Shown here piece by piece: positions 36,224 through 47,254 of a stretch of DNA of 64,000 nt (the stretch's first letter is position 1; each line of letters starts with the position of its first letter). The notes beneath the pieces are model-generated. The model was not told the origin of the DNA and did no database searches. It worked only from the letters and a program-made list of their open reading frames with translations. The position numbers and the translations under genes are program-made. The stretch lies in NCBI RefSeq assembly GCF_001194135.2, contig NC_068983.1:18925037-18989036 (forward strand), written 5' to 3'. The stretch is from Octopus bimaculoides (Eukaryota).

Positions 36224-37624
36224 GTGTGTGTCTTTTTAAAAAACTTGATAAATTTCTTCTAAACCGATAACTGCACGTCTCACTAACTACACAAATACCT
36301 CAACGTGGTAAGAAGGAGAGAAAAATAGTTATTAACGATTTTCTCTGTTTGGCCGGTAATTACGAAAATTGGAAAGCAACCATTTATCGTGAAATAAGAA
36401 ATATGTGTTTCTTCATTCAAAAGATATTGAATGTTACGTAATCATCTAACATTCAACTGAACGGTACAACTTATCTATTTATGTGTTAGTGTACGTGGTA
36501 TGTGTGTGTCTGTGTGTGTGTGTGTATTAGTGGCTAGTTATAAAAGCTTACGTCAACGTTACCTTGTGGTCGGACTACAATCGCCGTGACGCACACAATC
36601 ATTGGATACGATGTTTAGATAATTGACACAATGGTGACGAGAAACAGAGATACAAACAATCACGTAGGGAGTCTTAGCAACTAGCTTGATTTAAGATTAA
36701 GGCAGGGTAAACGAAGTACGTTTAAATTTATAGACTAGGATAGTGAAGAGAAAAGCGATAAAACATGATGAAATTGAAGTGAGTAAATGCAATATAGTGT
36801 AGAAAGTATGTCGTTGAAGGAATATAAGCATATTCGATAATGCACGATTAGGCATGTTTATGCACTCTCAGTCACACACACACTAACATACACATATCCA
36901 TATACAAACGACTAAAATTTTCATAATAGGAAAATGGTGCTGCAACAGGGTGTTATCAAATGAAACCGATATATTTTTCCTTGTGCATGATCAGCTTCGT
37001 ATTGAAAAAGAAAACCCTTACTATGGAGGAATGGGTGAAATATAAAGTCTACATAGAGAATACATAAGAAAAACACATGCTTTCTGAAACCACCCAAGGC
37101 ATTTCAAGTACATGATTTAAATACTCGCAACTCCATTTTTCATATCTTCTTCCAATGTTTTAAAGCAAACATTACATCGGTGGCGCATTTGCTAAATAAT
37201 ATTTCCTACAAAAAAAAAAAAAATGGACATTTGAAATTTAGTTAGGGCTTGGAGCACAGATTGTGAATTGTGCTCCCTTTAAATATTTATTTCAATTTTC
37301 TTTCGATCCTCATGGGCTTGTTTATTTTCTGTAGACTATCGATAGTCACAGTTACATTTTCAAAGACTAGAGAGACAAATATAGTGCATCGTGTTTCATG
37401 TAAATTTCCAGCTGCAGCTTCAAAAGGACATTATTCTTAATGATAGATTTTGTCTACTCATGTAAACAGTGTACACTTTGTTTTGCCAACGTGAGACATT
37501 GTAATACAATTCTGAAAAATACAACTTCATTATGCTTTAATAAATATCATCATCCAGATGAATTGTTTTTATTTTTCTTTCCTTTTCGCCTTTACAGCAT
37601 TGGGTTCTGTGAGTTGGATGAAAA

Positions 37625-37625
37625 T

Positions 37626-37661
<36 letters not shown>
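37625..37661. repeat. (ATC)n microsatellite
   Basis: Directly visible. Confidence 0.9.
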
Positions 37662-38051
37662 GCCTCCTATAGCAAAATTTCAACCATGAATGTATTCTTT
37701 TGCCGATACTTCTAAATAAGGTTTATTTCAGAACAGAACAATGTCACCTGTAAGGTTCAACTCATATTACGTACAGATAGTACAATGAGCAAAGTATTAC
37801 TGGTGTGACAAACACATATTTGGACTATAAACTGGGATATTAACTGAAGCTTCATTTTAACGTATGGCTAACGTTGTAGTTATCACCCGTAATAAGCAAA
37901 ATACATAATCATATGGAAATGTATCCGATATGTGATTTTCATTCGTATCAGTGAAGGTAATATTTTCCCTTCGTATCATAAGTGCTCTGTATACTAAGAA
38001 CGGTGTTAGTATAGAAATTTGTACTGAAATTAATTCAAAAGTAGGCATATA

Positions 38052-38425
38052 CTCTTTTGTCGAACCGCTAAGTTACGGGGACGTAAACACACCAGCATCG
38101 GTTGTCAAGCGATGTTGGGAGAACAAACAAAGACATACAAACATATACACTCACATACATATGCATGTATATATAAGTATATATATATATATNNNNNNNN
38201 NNNNNNNNNNNNNNNNNNNNNNNNNNNNNNNNNNNNNNNNNNNNNNNNNNNNNNNNNNNNNNNNNTATATACGACGGGCTTATTTTCAGTTTCCGTTTAC
38301 CAAATCCACTCACAATGCTTTGGACGGCCCGAGGCTATAGTACAAGACACTTGCTCAAGGTGCCACGTAGTGAGACTGAATCCAGAACCATGTTGTTGGT
38401 AAGCAATTACTTACCATACAGCAAT
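38052..38425 (-). mobile_element. SINE family B copy with an internal gap, lacking the 3' end
   Basis: Reverse complement matches 55546-55953 (TGGTAAGTAATTGCTTACC head, CCTTGAGCAAGTGTCTT, TCCCCGTAACTTAGCGGTTCG). Confidence 0.9.
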
Positions 38426-39507
38426 ATTCTGATTCTTTTAATACATAATTTATTTCCCAAATATCAACGTAAATGCGAACCTTATCAAGAAAGACAATGT
38501 TTTGAATGTATGTTCATCAGTATTAGCCCTGTCAAGTTCTATCTTCATATCAGATACGTTAAAACATCAAATCAACTAACATTTTGATGAAATATTCATC
38601 GAATTCTATTATCAGAAATGGCACGCTTTCAAATTTTTTTATTTAAATCCATTCAAATATTCAGGACTACTTTGCTTGACGTTTGTGTTAACATTCGTAT
38701 TGTCATGAACATAACTGACCAATGTAGAGTATTAAGACGATATCCTGAATAGTTACAGTCATTTATTCTTGTGGATTTATTTACATAAAATCAATTCCAT
38801 TTCACTATACAAAATACATGAAATACATGGTAGTTTGATCGGGCTGGTATATATCCACCAAAGCGATTTATGTGATTACATTATCTGAAATGCCCATGTA
38901 TTAATCGTACCTAAATGATTCCTTGAATTTCTCTAATGGAATCATTAGGCTTTATCATTATATTATATTCATCTTCCCATTACATTCTTGGCGGCATAAA
39001 ATCTTCGCGGTACAGGATCCTTAGATACATTTATGCATTGTCATCAAGATCTAAATTTTATCCCATAAAAATAGGCTTATTATTTTCTCTTTATGGCTGC
39101 TAAAGTACCAAATTCTGAAATACCTAATTCCATTTTAATATCACTGCAAAAACGTTTGTTGCATCATCAAGGAAAACCGTCCCGAATCAAAACATTTCAA
39201 ATATAAGTAAGTCATATTTGAAGTGCAAATGATTTTCTACAATGGCTATATTTACAGCTGTGACCTGGTGATGAATTTTTTAAAATGTCATTTACATGAG
39301 GGCTAATAGTAGAATAACAATTATGTCACCTTCCAAAATGATCATTTCAAATGCTATGTATTATGATTTTAAATGTGCAATCCAGTCTTTTCTCCAATTC
39401 CTCTTAATGTCTTTTTCACCTGTACTGAGCATTTTTAGAACTCCATAAATAAAAAATGGGAAAACCATATCGTAACCTTCCTATATACTAATGTTTAGTA
39501 ACATGTA

Positions 39508-39840
39508 ATTTGACGAGATAGTAGTATCGATAAGGTGTAGGCCAAAGACATAGCGGCATTTCGTCCGATTTTACATTCTGGGGTGAAACACCGCCACATT
39601 GGATATTGCCTTGCATTTTTTCGGGGTCTATAAATTAAGTACCATTTAAGTACTGGTGTCAATGTAATCAACTTACTCAATAACCCGAAATTACAAGTAT
39701 AGTGTTTCTAGTAGATAGGAATATTTTGTAATGTATAAGTCGATGCAGTGGCAGCATCTATTACACGTCGGACAACATGCTTTGCTGTATTTTAGGTTTG
39801 TCTTTCTCTTCTGAATTCAAATTTTCCAGCGAGATCGAAG
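39508..39840 (+). mobile_element. Two diverged SINE family A pieces (~39508-39725 and 5' part ~39740-39840)
   Basis: TAGCGGCATTTCGTCCG, TTCGGGGTCTATAAATTAAGTACC, TCTGAATTCAAATTTTCC. Confidence 0.65.
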
Positions 39841-41519
39841 TGTGAGACAAATAGATAAATAAATACATACATACATACGCACATACATAAGTGCATGCAA
39901 ACATATTTACATATATACATACATACATACAGACATATATATANNNNNNNNNNNNNNNNNNNNNNNNNNNNNNNNNNNNNNNNNNNNNNNNNNNNNNNNN
40001 NNNNNNNNNNNNNNNNNNNNNNNNNNNNNNNNNNNNNNNNNNNNNNNNNNNNNNNNNNNNNNNNNNNNNNNNNNNNNNNNNNNNNNNNNNNNNNNNNNNN
40101 NNNNNNNNNNNNNNNNNNNNNNNNNNNNNNNNNNNNNNNNNNNNNNNNNNNNNNNNNNNNNNNNNNNNNNNNNNNNNNNNNNNNNNNNNNNNNNNNNNNN
40201 NNNNNNNNNNNNNNNNNNNNNNNNNNNNNNNNNNNNNNNNNNNNNNNNNNNNNNNNNNNNNNNNNNNNNNNNNNNNNNNNNNNNNNNNNNNNNNNNNNNN
40301 NNNNNNNNNNNNNNNNNNNNNNNNNNNNNNNNNNNNNNNNNNNNNNNNNNNNNNNNNNNNNNNNNNNNNNNNNNNNNNNNNNNNNNNNNNNNNNNNNNNN
40401 NNNNNNNNNNNNNNNNNNNNNNNNNNNNNNNNNNNNNNNNNNNNNNNNNNNNNNNNNNNNNNNNNNNNNNNNNNNNNNNNNNNNNNNNNNNNNNNNNNNN
40501 NNNNNNNNNNNNNATATATATATATATATATATATGCATAAGCATGTATCCACATATATACATATTTTATATACATATTTAATATATCAATAGAGCTATC
40601 ATATTTCCTGACTAATTCCAACCATCCACGCTGTATTATATATGTGTATGTATATGTGTGCGTGTGTTTATGTATATGGAGACATAGTACATACATATAT
40701 AAATATATATATATATATATATAAATACATACATATATACATATATAAATATGTGTACATATATTTATATAAGGAATTGTAGGTAGCAGTTAGTTAAGAA
40801 ATATCGATTCATTGATTAATATATATATATATATATTAGAAAATGGGAAGAACATCAAAAACAAATTCGCTAACCAGGTAATTGGCGATCTGACAAAGTA
40901 TAGTGAAAATAGGCCGGGTGGCTGTAAGTAGAGACTCATAAGGTTTTGCATTATTGTTTAGCAAGAATGAGCACCTAGTAAAATCAGAGATTGTGCCAAG
41001 TATCTTTCATTGATTTCCTATAATTAAAACTGGTACTTTCTCTTGGAGTAACTCCAATAGTGATTGTTGGCATGAACTGTTACTGGACCTAAAAGAGTAC
41101 TGCAAATAAGCATGGTTGCTAAGTATAAATTAACACTAAATTATTAACGTTATAATGTAAACTTTTGTTCAGTAACTCTCCGTCTAGATTTCCTATATAC
41201 TGTTGTATGTACGTATATATNNNNNNNNNNNNNNNNNNNNNNNNNNNNNNNNNNNNNNNNNNNNNNNNNNNNNNNNNNNNNNNNNNNNNNNNNNNNNNNN
41301 NNNNNNNNNNNNNNNNNNNNNNNNNNNNNNNNNNNNNNNNNNNNNNNNNNNNNNNNNNNNNNNNNNNNNNNNNNNNNNNNNNNNNNNNNNNNNNNNNNNN
41401 NNNNNNNNNNNNNNNNNNNNNNNNNNNNNNNNNNNNNNNNNNNNNNNNNNNNNNNNNNNNNNNNNNNNNNNNNNNNNNNNNNNNNNNNNNNNNNNNNNNN
41501 NNNTATATATATACATATA

Positions 41520-43510
41520 TATATATATATGGTTCGTCTATAAAAAGTCTTGAGTTACATCTGGTCCACACTCGGCGGATGTGTGACTCCAATGTCTGTG
41601 TGTGTGTGGTGTGGTGTGATGCGCATGAGTGTCAACTGGCAGGTAAGTGAGAGTTGATGGCAGCAACTCACTGCTGACTTCGCACGTGGTTGCTTGCATA
41701 TGTACACCTATGGATGTAGGTGCTTCTGTGCCATGTGTGAATTCTAGTGACCGCGTATATTTAGTCATGTGTCAGTTGTGTATATCACCTACATGTGCGT
41801 CAGCTGTGTCTGTAGGCACTCTAATTCGTCCGGTTCGGTCAGCTGTGTGGGTGTGTACTCATGTGGGCGTGTACGCGTTTGCGGGCGTACTTGTGTGGCC
41901 GTGTGCTTGCCCATATCTTTAGGATGCATATATAGAAGCGTGTCCTTACTGATGTTTTGAACGTATATACATTCCTATATTTATATGTGTAAGGATGAAG
42001 CTCGTAGGAGGTTACAATCAATACATGAGGGTGGAAGGCTATCTATGGTCTTCGCAGGTATCGGTGGTTATGCACCCTACAATTGGTTATGGGTTAGTAG
42101 TTATTGAGGTCCAGCCAAACCAAAGGTGATATGTGGGTTATCGGCTGCTAGTTACTTGAAGTTCACCAGGAGGGTATACCTCTGATAGCAGCAGTAAGGC
42201 ACTTCATATTTTCTGTTGATATATATATATATACTGCGAGTCGATGGAGGATAGGTGGCTTTTCGCTGTGGCAGAGCTCTCAATTGGGCCAGAGTAATTT
42301 GGTGGTCCTGTTGACGATGGTCCATTCGACGTTGGAGGTGTCATTCTAAATGTCGCAACACCTTCAGACGAAACTAGACAAAAAAGTCGAATACCCTCTA
42401 TTCGTAAGTCTAAGGGCATGCATATGCTGCATGTACCTTCCCTTGAAGTCATCAGCTGTCATGCTTGTGAAGCCATCAGATGGTGTGAGAGTGTATCTGT
42501 AGATTACAGGTCTTCAGAGACAAGAGCCATGTAGAAGGCAGCTGGTAGATCTTAGCAATTATAGGTTGCGCTTGTGCTTGTACGTGTGCATTGTTATATC
42601 TTTTGTGATACGCAGCATTAGAAGCGATGTTCACTTAACCTTATGAAAGTTGAAATGCTTATAATACTTGTGGCCCCTTGAGATGGTCTTCTTATTTCTT
42701 TACTGCCCACAAGGGGCTACACACAGAGGGGACAAACACGGACAGACAAACGGATTAAGTCGATTATATCGACCCCAGTGCGTAACTAGTACTTATTTAA
42801 TCGACCCCGAAAGGATAAAAGGCAAAGTCGACCTCGGCGGAATTTGAACTCAGAACGTAGCGGTAGACGAAATACCGCTAAGCATTTCGCCCGGCATGCT
42901 AACGTTTCTACCATCTCGCCGCCTTGAGATAGGTTTCGTAAGCAACGACAGGAAGCTCCTAGTTACCTTCGTGAAAACTTCTAGTTTAAAAGGATGGTTG
43001 TCCCAGGTGATCTTCTTCCTTGTCAGATGCGGAGATGTAGGTGGTGTGTTCTCCATATGTACCAAATTCTCAGAAATTTTGCTCCTCGCTAATGGGTCAT
43101 TGTAGTGGGGACGACGATTCTGAAGAATAATCTATCTTCAGAAATCTTAGATATCTTGATAATACTTATAATTAGGTTTCTAACTACACCGGTAAGAGTG
43201 TGGTTGGAACGTCAGTGGTTTTTATAGTTTCTTCGTTTGGCCTTCTATAAGAGGAGTACTTGACTGTTTTCAGATTTCTAGTTACATCTAGAAAGTCGAC
43301 CGTGTTCATTTTCATAGTTACGGTTACGGAGAGGACGAATATGTTGAATATCTTCATCAGGTGATAACAAAACTTCCCTTAGCTTGTCCGTTCATATGGG
43401 TGGAGATTGACGGGATATCGTCTTTGTGAAGGGGCAACCTGTCGGGGTGTGTGCGTTTCCTGCGGGTGTTCAAAATAGTTTACCCGGCCAGTTTATTTTC
43501 AAGGAAAAGC
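41520..43510 (-). mobile_element. Decayed Penelope-like element (RT C-terminal half + GIY-YIG endonuclease + 3' region)
   Basis: Minus-strand frameshifted motifs in PLE order: LHKDDI (~43431-43414, YRDD position), NTVDFLDVT, YRRPNE..SNH, RKKITWDNHPF..FL.LL.K, MTADDFKGRY, EWTIVNR, LCHSEK. Left boundary approximate. Confidence 0.8.
42685..42925 (-). mobile_element. SINE family A, well-preserved copy with variant tail, inserted into the PLE
   Basis: Closest copy to consensus (AAGGCGGCGAGATGGTAGAAACGTTAGC...GAGTTCAAATTCCGCCGAGGTCGACTTTG); CCTTGAGAT direct repeat at 42676-42684 and 42922-42930. Confidence 0.95.
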
Positions 43511-43816
43511 GTATAATCTAATTGAATGCACACGCGTGGCCACAACATTGCTACAAATGTAAGCTAAACCTGAAATATATTCCCTGGAGGAAAATTTATT
43601 TTAGAAAGTAGATAGTGTAACCATAATCTTAACCACTATTTGGAAATTCATTTGAAGTGATTGCATTGCTTTTGGAATAAACTCAAATATTTCATTCACT
43701 CCTGTCCAGATCATTGCGTCCGCAATATAGACGTAGGAGAATTTTTTTCTGATAACGCTAAATCTGTTAGCAATGTTACAACAAATATTTGAACATTTAT
43801 GAACGCCATTTAATGA

Positions 43817-44010
43817 AGCAGTGACCTAGTAGAATCGTTATCACGCCGGAAAATACAATTAGCGACATTTCGTCCGTCTTTATGTTCAAATCACACCGGC
43901 GTCTACATTTCCTTCTATCTTTTCGGAGTCGTTATATTAATACCACTTGAGCACTGATAATGATGAAATGAATTAAGTCCCTCCCTCTTTGCTTATAGTA
44001 GAAAATATTT
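43817..44010 (+). mobile_element. SINE family A, diverged copy
   Basis: AGAATCGTTATCACGCCGG head, TTAGCGACATTTCGTCCGTC, tail CTTATAGTAGAAAATATT. Confidence 0.75.
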
Positions 44011-44285
44011 AATGAGATCCATTATGCATTTAACAAAACATACCATGTTGAATGGTATGCGGAATATATACAACTGGGTGATCTAAAACGCAAGGAAAAT
44101 AAACTCCCTGAAGTAAGTGGCTTTCTAAGTTAAAAGAAGTCTGTTGAAATAAATGAACATTTGCATTAAAAGTAATATGACTGGTTTCTAAGTACTGACG
44201 TTAGGCTAACTTACATAAATTTATACTATATTTTTAAGGTATATAATTTATATTTTTCTATGTTAAGATCAATACTGATAAATAT

Positions 44286-44480
44286 TGGTTTCAAATTTTC
44301 GACCAAGGCCCGCAATTTGAAGGGAAGGGTAAGTCGATTACATCCAGCAGAGTGATCAACTGGTCCTTATTTTGTCGACCTCGAAAGGATGAAAGCAAAG
44401 TCGACCTTAGCGATACTTGAGCTCAGAATGTAGTGTGGAAGAAATGCAGCCGAGTATTTTCCTCATAGATCACTGCCTTC
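44286..44480 (-). mobile_element. SINE family A copy
   Basis: TTTCAAATTTT..CAAGGCCCGCAATTT tail and CGAAAGGATGAAAGCAAAGTCGACC are reverse complements of family motifs. Confidence 0.8.
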
Positions 44481-45763
44481 ATTCTGATGAATATTATGTT
44501 TCTCTGATTCGATGCAGGCTCAGGAATGGTAAATGTAATTACTTCGATACGTTTTGGTTATTCCTTCGTCTTAGACACGTGAATATCAGAACTGAACGTC
44601 GCTAGTAGACTAAATGAGCCACTGGACACTTTTCAATTTCTCTTTTTACATCGTTGTTGTCCGCTTGAACTCATATGCGATCTCGTTATTTTCATTCACT
44701 TTGTATGTTTTCGTTTTCGCTTCAGGTTCTTGTAGTGATGACCAGCACTGAAAATATTGTTCCATCACAAAGACAGACCAATGCCTTCAGTGGATCAAGT
44801 TGTACTTTCATAAGCACTTATCCTATTTGAGCTACACAAGTAGCTATTTCTGTTGTTGCATATAACGCTACGAGATGCAAATTTTAATCGCTCTTCACGT
44901 AGGTGTCTCGGAAAAACATTTTAATCACTGCTTGTTGGACGTAACCTTTTCCTTCACCTGTATTAGGTCTTTTGTTAAATTGCTGACCTTTATGATGGTA
45001 GACATCTCAGTTTTCCCTTCCATCGTTACTTATGACATAGGAGTTACCTTGTAAAGCAATTATGATGTGTAATAATGTGGTTGATGAATGTAAGTAGGAA
45101 GATGACTGGTTATGGTCTATATCTGTCGTGAATTATTCCTCGCTATAAATATTTTTGTAAAGAAATTTAGATATGCGTTAAAATTTAAAAACAAAACATT
45201 TGCTGCAGGGTTCTACTGTCGCTCCTGCCTGTCAAAATCTAGTTTCTTTGCTTACTCTTCTTTGCAATCGACTTTTTTTTTTATTAAATTTGGAGTTTGT
45301 AGTCTTTACACATAGTTTTTTGATGGAACCGAAATGTATTTCTTCTGTTCAAAAGATTGTTGTCACTTTAAATAAATATGAATTACTGCCAAAATAGCAC
45401 ATTCTTGACCTTATGCGTGCAATCTTTTGCATGCATCTTTAGGTAATTCCGTAATGAAAATCACTACCGTTCTCCGTTGACCCGGAAGGGTAGATGAATT
45501 CCATTGCCTAGTGATTATGAAGAAAGAGATTCATTAGAGAAAAAGGAAACTGCAAAACCATAAATTATTAGTCCTCTCATTTTTTCATGCTAGGTACCAC
45601 TCACCAGAAATTTGGCCCAAAGTTGGTTGATAATGTAAATCATAGTCTGGAAAAATGGACATAAAATTAGCTCAAACACAGTTCTATATTTAAGAGATAA
45701 GGAATTATGTACGTTATTTACATTATTTATATTTGACGGATATTTGTCCTCCTCGTGTTTGTT

Positions 45764-45810
45764 GTTAACGTTTCTGCTGATATACCCTCCAGCCTTCATC
45801 AGGAGTCTTG
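45764..45810 (-). ncRNA. Degenerate minimal type-I hammerhead ribozyme (left arm)
   Basis: Minus strand GACTC-CTGATGA-A-GGCTG-GAGGGTATAT-CAGCA-GAAACGTT; catalytic core intact, but the stem I 3' strand GTGTT is deleted relative to the right arm. Confidence 0.55.
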
Positions 45811-46056
45811 GGGAAATTTCGGACCTGGGGTCTCATTCCTAAGGTATTTTTCGATGTTGCTATTATTATTATCATTACTATTATTATTATTATTATTATT
45901 TTATGTTTGACTTTTGTTTTGCATTTGTACAAGTTGGATCCAAGTCTCACCCAGAGACCTCAAGAGACAACAAGTTAGAAGTTCATGTAGGTGTTATGCC
46001 TAGGGTACCATATATTTGGATTTGTACAGTTTTGTTCAAGTGAATGNNNNNNNNNN

Positions 46057-46128
<72 letters not shown>

Positions 46129-46174
46129 CGAAAAAGACCTTAGTAATGAGAACCCAGGTTCGAAACTTCTACAA

Positions 46175-46220
46175 GACAGCTGATGAAGTCTGGAGAGTAT
46201 ATCAGCCAAAACGTTGTGTT
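46175..46220 (+). ncRNA. Degenerate minimal type-I hammerhead ribozyme (right arm)
   Basis: GACAG-CTGATGA-A-GTCTG-GAGAGTATAT-CAGCC-AAAACGTT-GTGTT; stem I 4 of 5 pairs, stem II 4 of 5 pairs, G12-to-A change in GAAA. Confidence 0.55.
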
Positions 46221-46536
46221 AATAACAAACAAGACGAGGACAAATATCCGTCAATTGTAAATAATGTAAATTAGCTCAAACAGTTAATCTGAAATTTCAA
46301 AAGTGAGAAGATAATTTCTCTTTTAACACATGCAGCATTCATCTCTGGTGATTACCGATGTATACCTGATAGATGTTCCCGACAATGGGATGGATATAAT
46401 TTTTCACTCTATATGTCCGTATTGTATAACTATATTTTTCATAACTAATTGTTTTGACCGCTCCACTACTTCAGTAAGGAGAAAAATAGGGAAATCCGAT
46501 AAACTTACGTCAAATAAAGAATATTGCGGTCATCAC

Positions 46537-46760
46537 CACCACCACCATCATAATCGGTTGCTGCTGCTGCTGCTTCTTCTTCTTCTTCTTTTTCTTCTTC
46601 TTCTTCTTCTTCTTCTTCTTCTTCTTCTTCTTCTTCTTCTTCTTCTTCTTCTTCTTCTTCTTCTTCTTCTTCTTCTTCTTCTTCTTCTTCTTCTTCTTCT
46701 TCTTCTTCTTCTTCTTCGTCGTCGTCGTCGTCGTCGTCGTCATCGTCGTGGTCGTATTCG
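46537..46760. repeat. Compound trinucleotide array (CAC)n(GCT)n(CTT)n(CGT)n
   Basis: Directly visible; explains the poly-E/K/L/R ORFs. Confidence 0.95.
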
Positions 46761-47169
46761 TCATCCTCCTGATCAACAATAGCTCTTATCTTCGTCTTCA
46801 TTAAACCAATTCATCATCAACGTCTCCAGTGTATTTATCAGAAACTTCATCATAATAACTACCGTTCCAATACAGAAGTATTATATTCTACGTAAAGAGG
46901 TATTATGCTCTACTAACGGAGATATTCAAATTGAACAGATCGATATATAGGCTATATTTTTCGATAGTTTTGTTGAAAGAGGTGAAAGTTTCAGTTATGG
47001 GTCATTTAATGAAATTTTATGAATTACACTCTACACAGAGAAACTTGCCAAAAGATTAATGATTTATGCTTGGTTGCTTGAATTACGCATTGTAATATAT
47101 ACTATATCTTATACATACACAAACACACCTACACACATATATCTATACATATAGGCATGCAATTACATG

Positions 47170-47171
<2 letters not shown>

Positions 47172-47250
<79 letters not shown>
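47172..47250. repeat. (TA)n(TG)n microsatellite
   Basis: Directly visible. Confidence 0.95.

Positions 47251-47254
<4 letters not shown>

Larger units (their letters stand above)
45664..46282. mobile_element. Non-autonomous inverted-repeat (foldback) element with hammerhead-bearing arms, flanked by a 15-bp direct repeat (probable PLE pLTR derivative)
   Basis: AAATTAGCTCAAACA at 45664-45678 and 46268-46282; inverted arms ~45679-45855 (-) and ~46127-46271 (+); each arm has CTGATGA-A-stem-(G/A)AAAC-GTT. Confidence 0.75.

Noticed and set aside
43345-43365. CTGATGA on the minus strand inside the PLE
   Set aside because: Falls within RT coding sequence (HLMKIF) with no stem II or GAAA; coincidental
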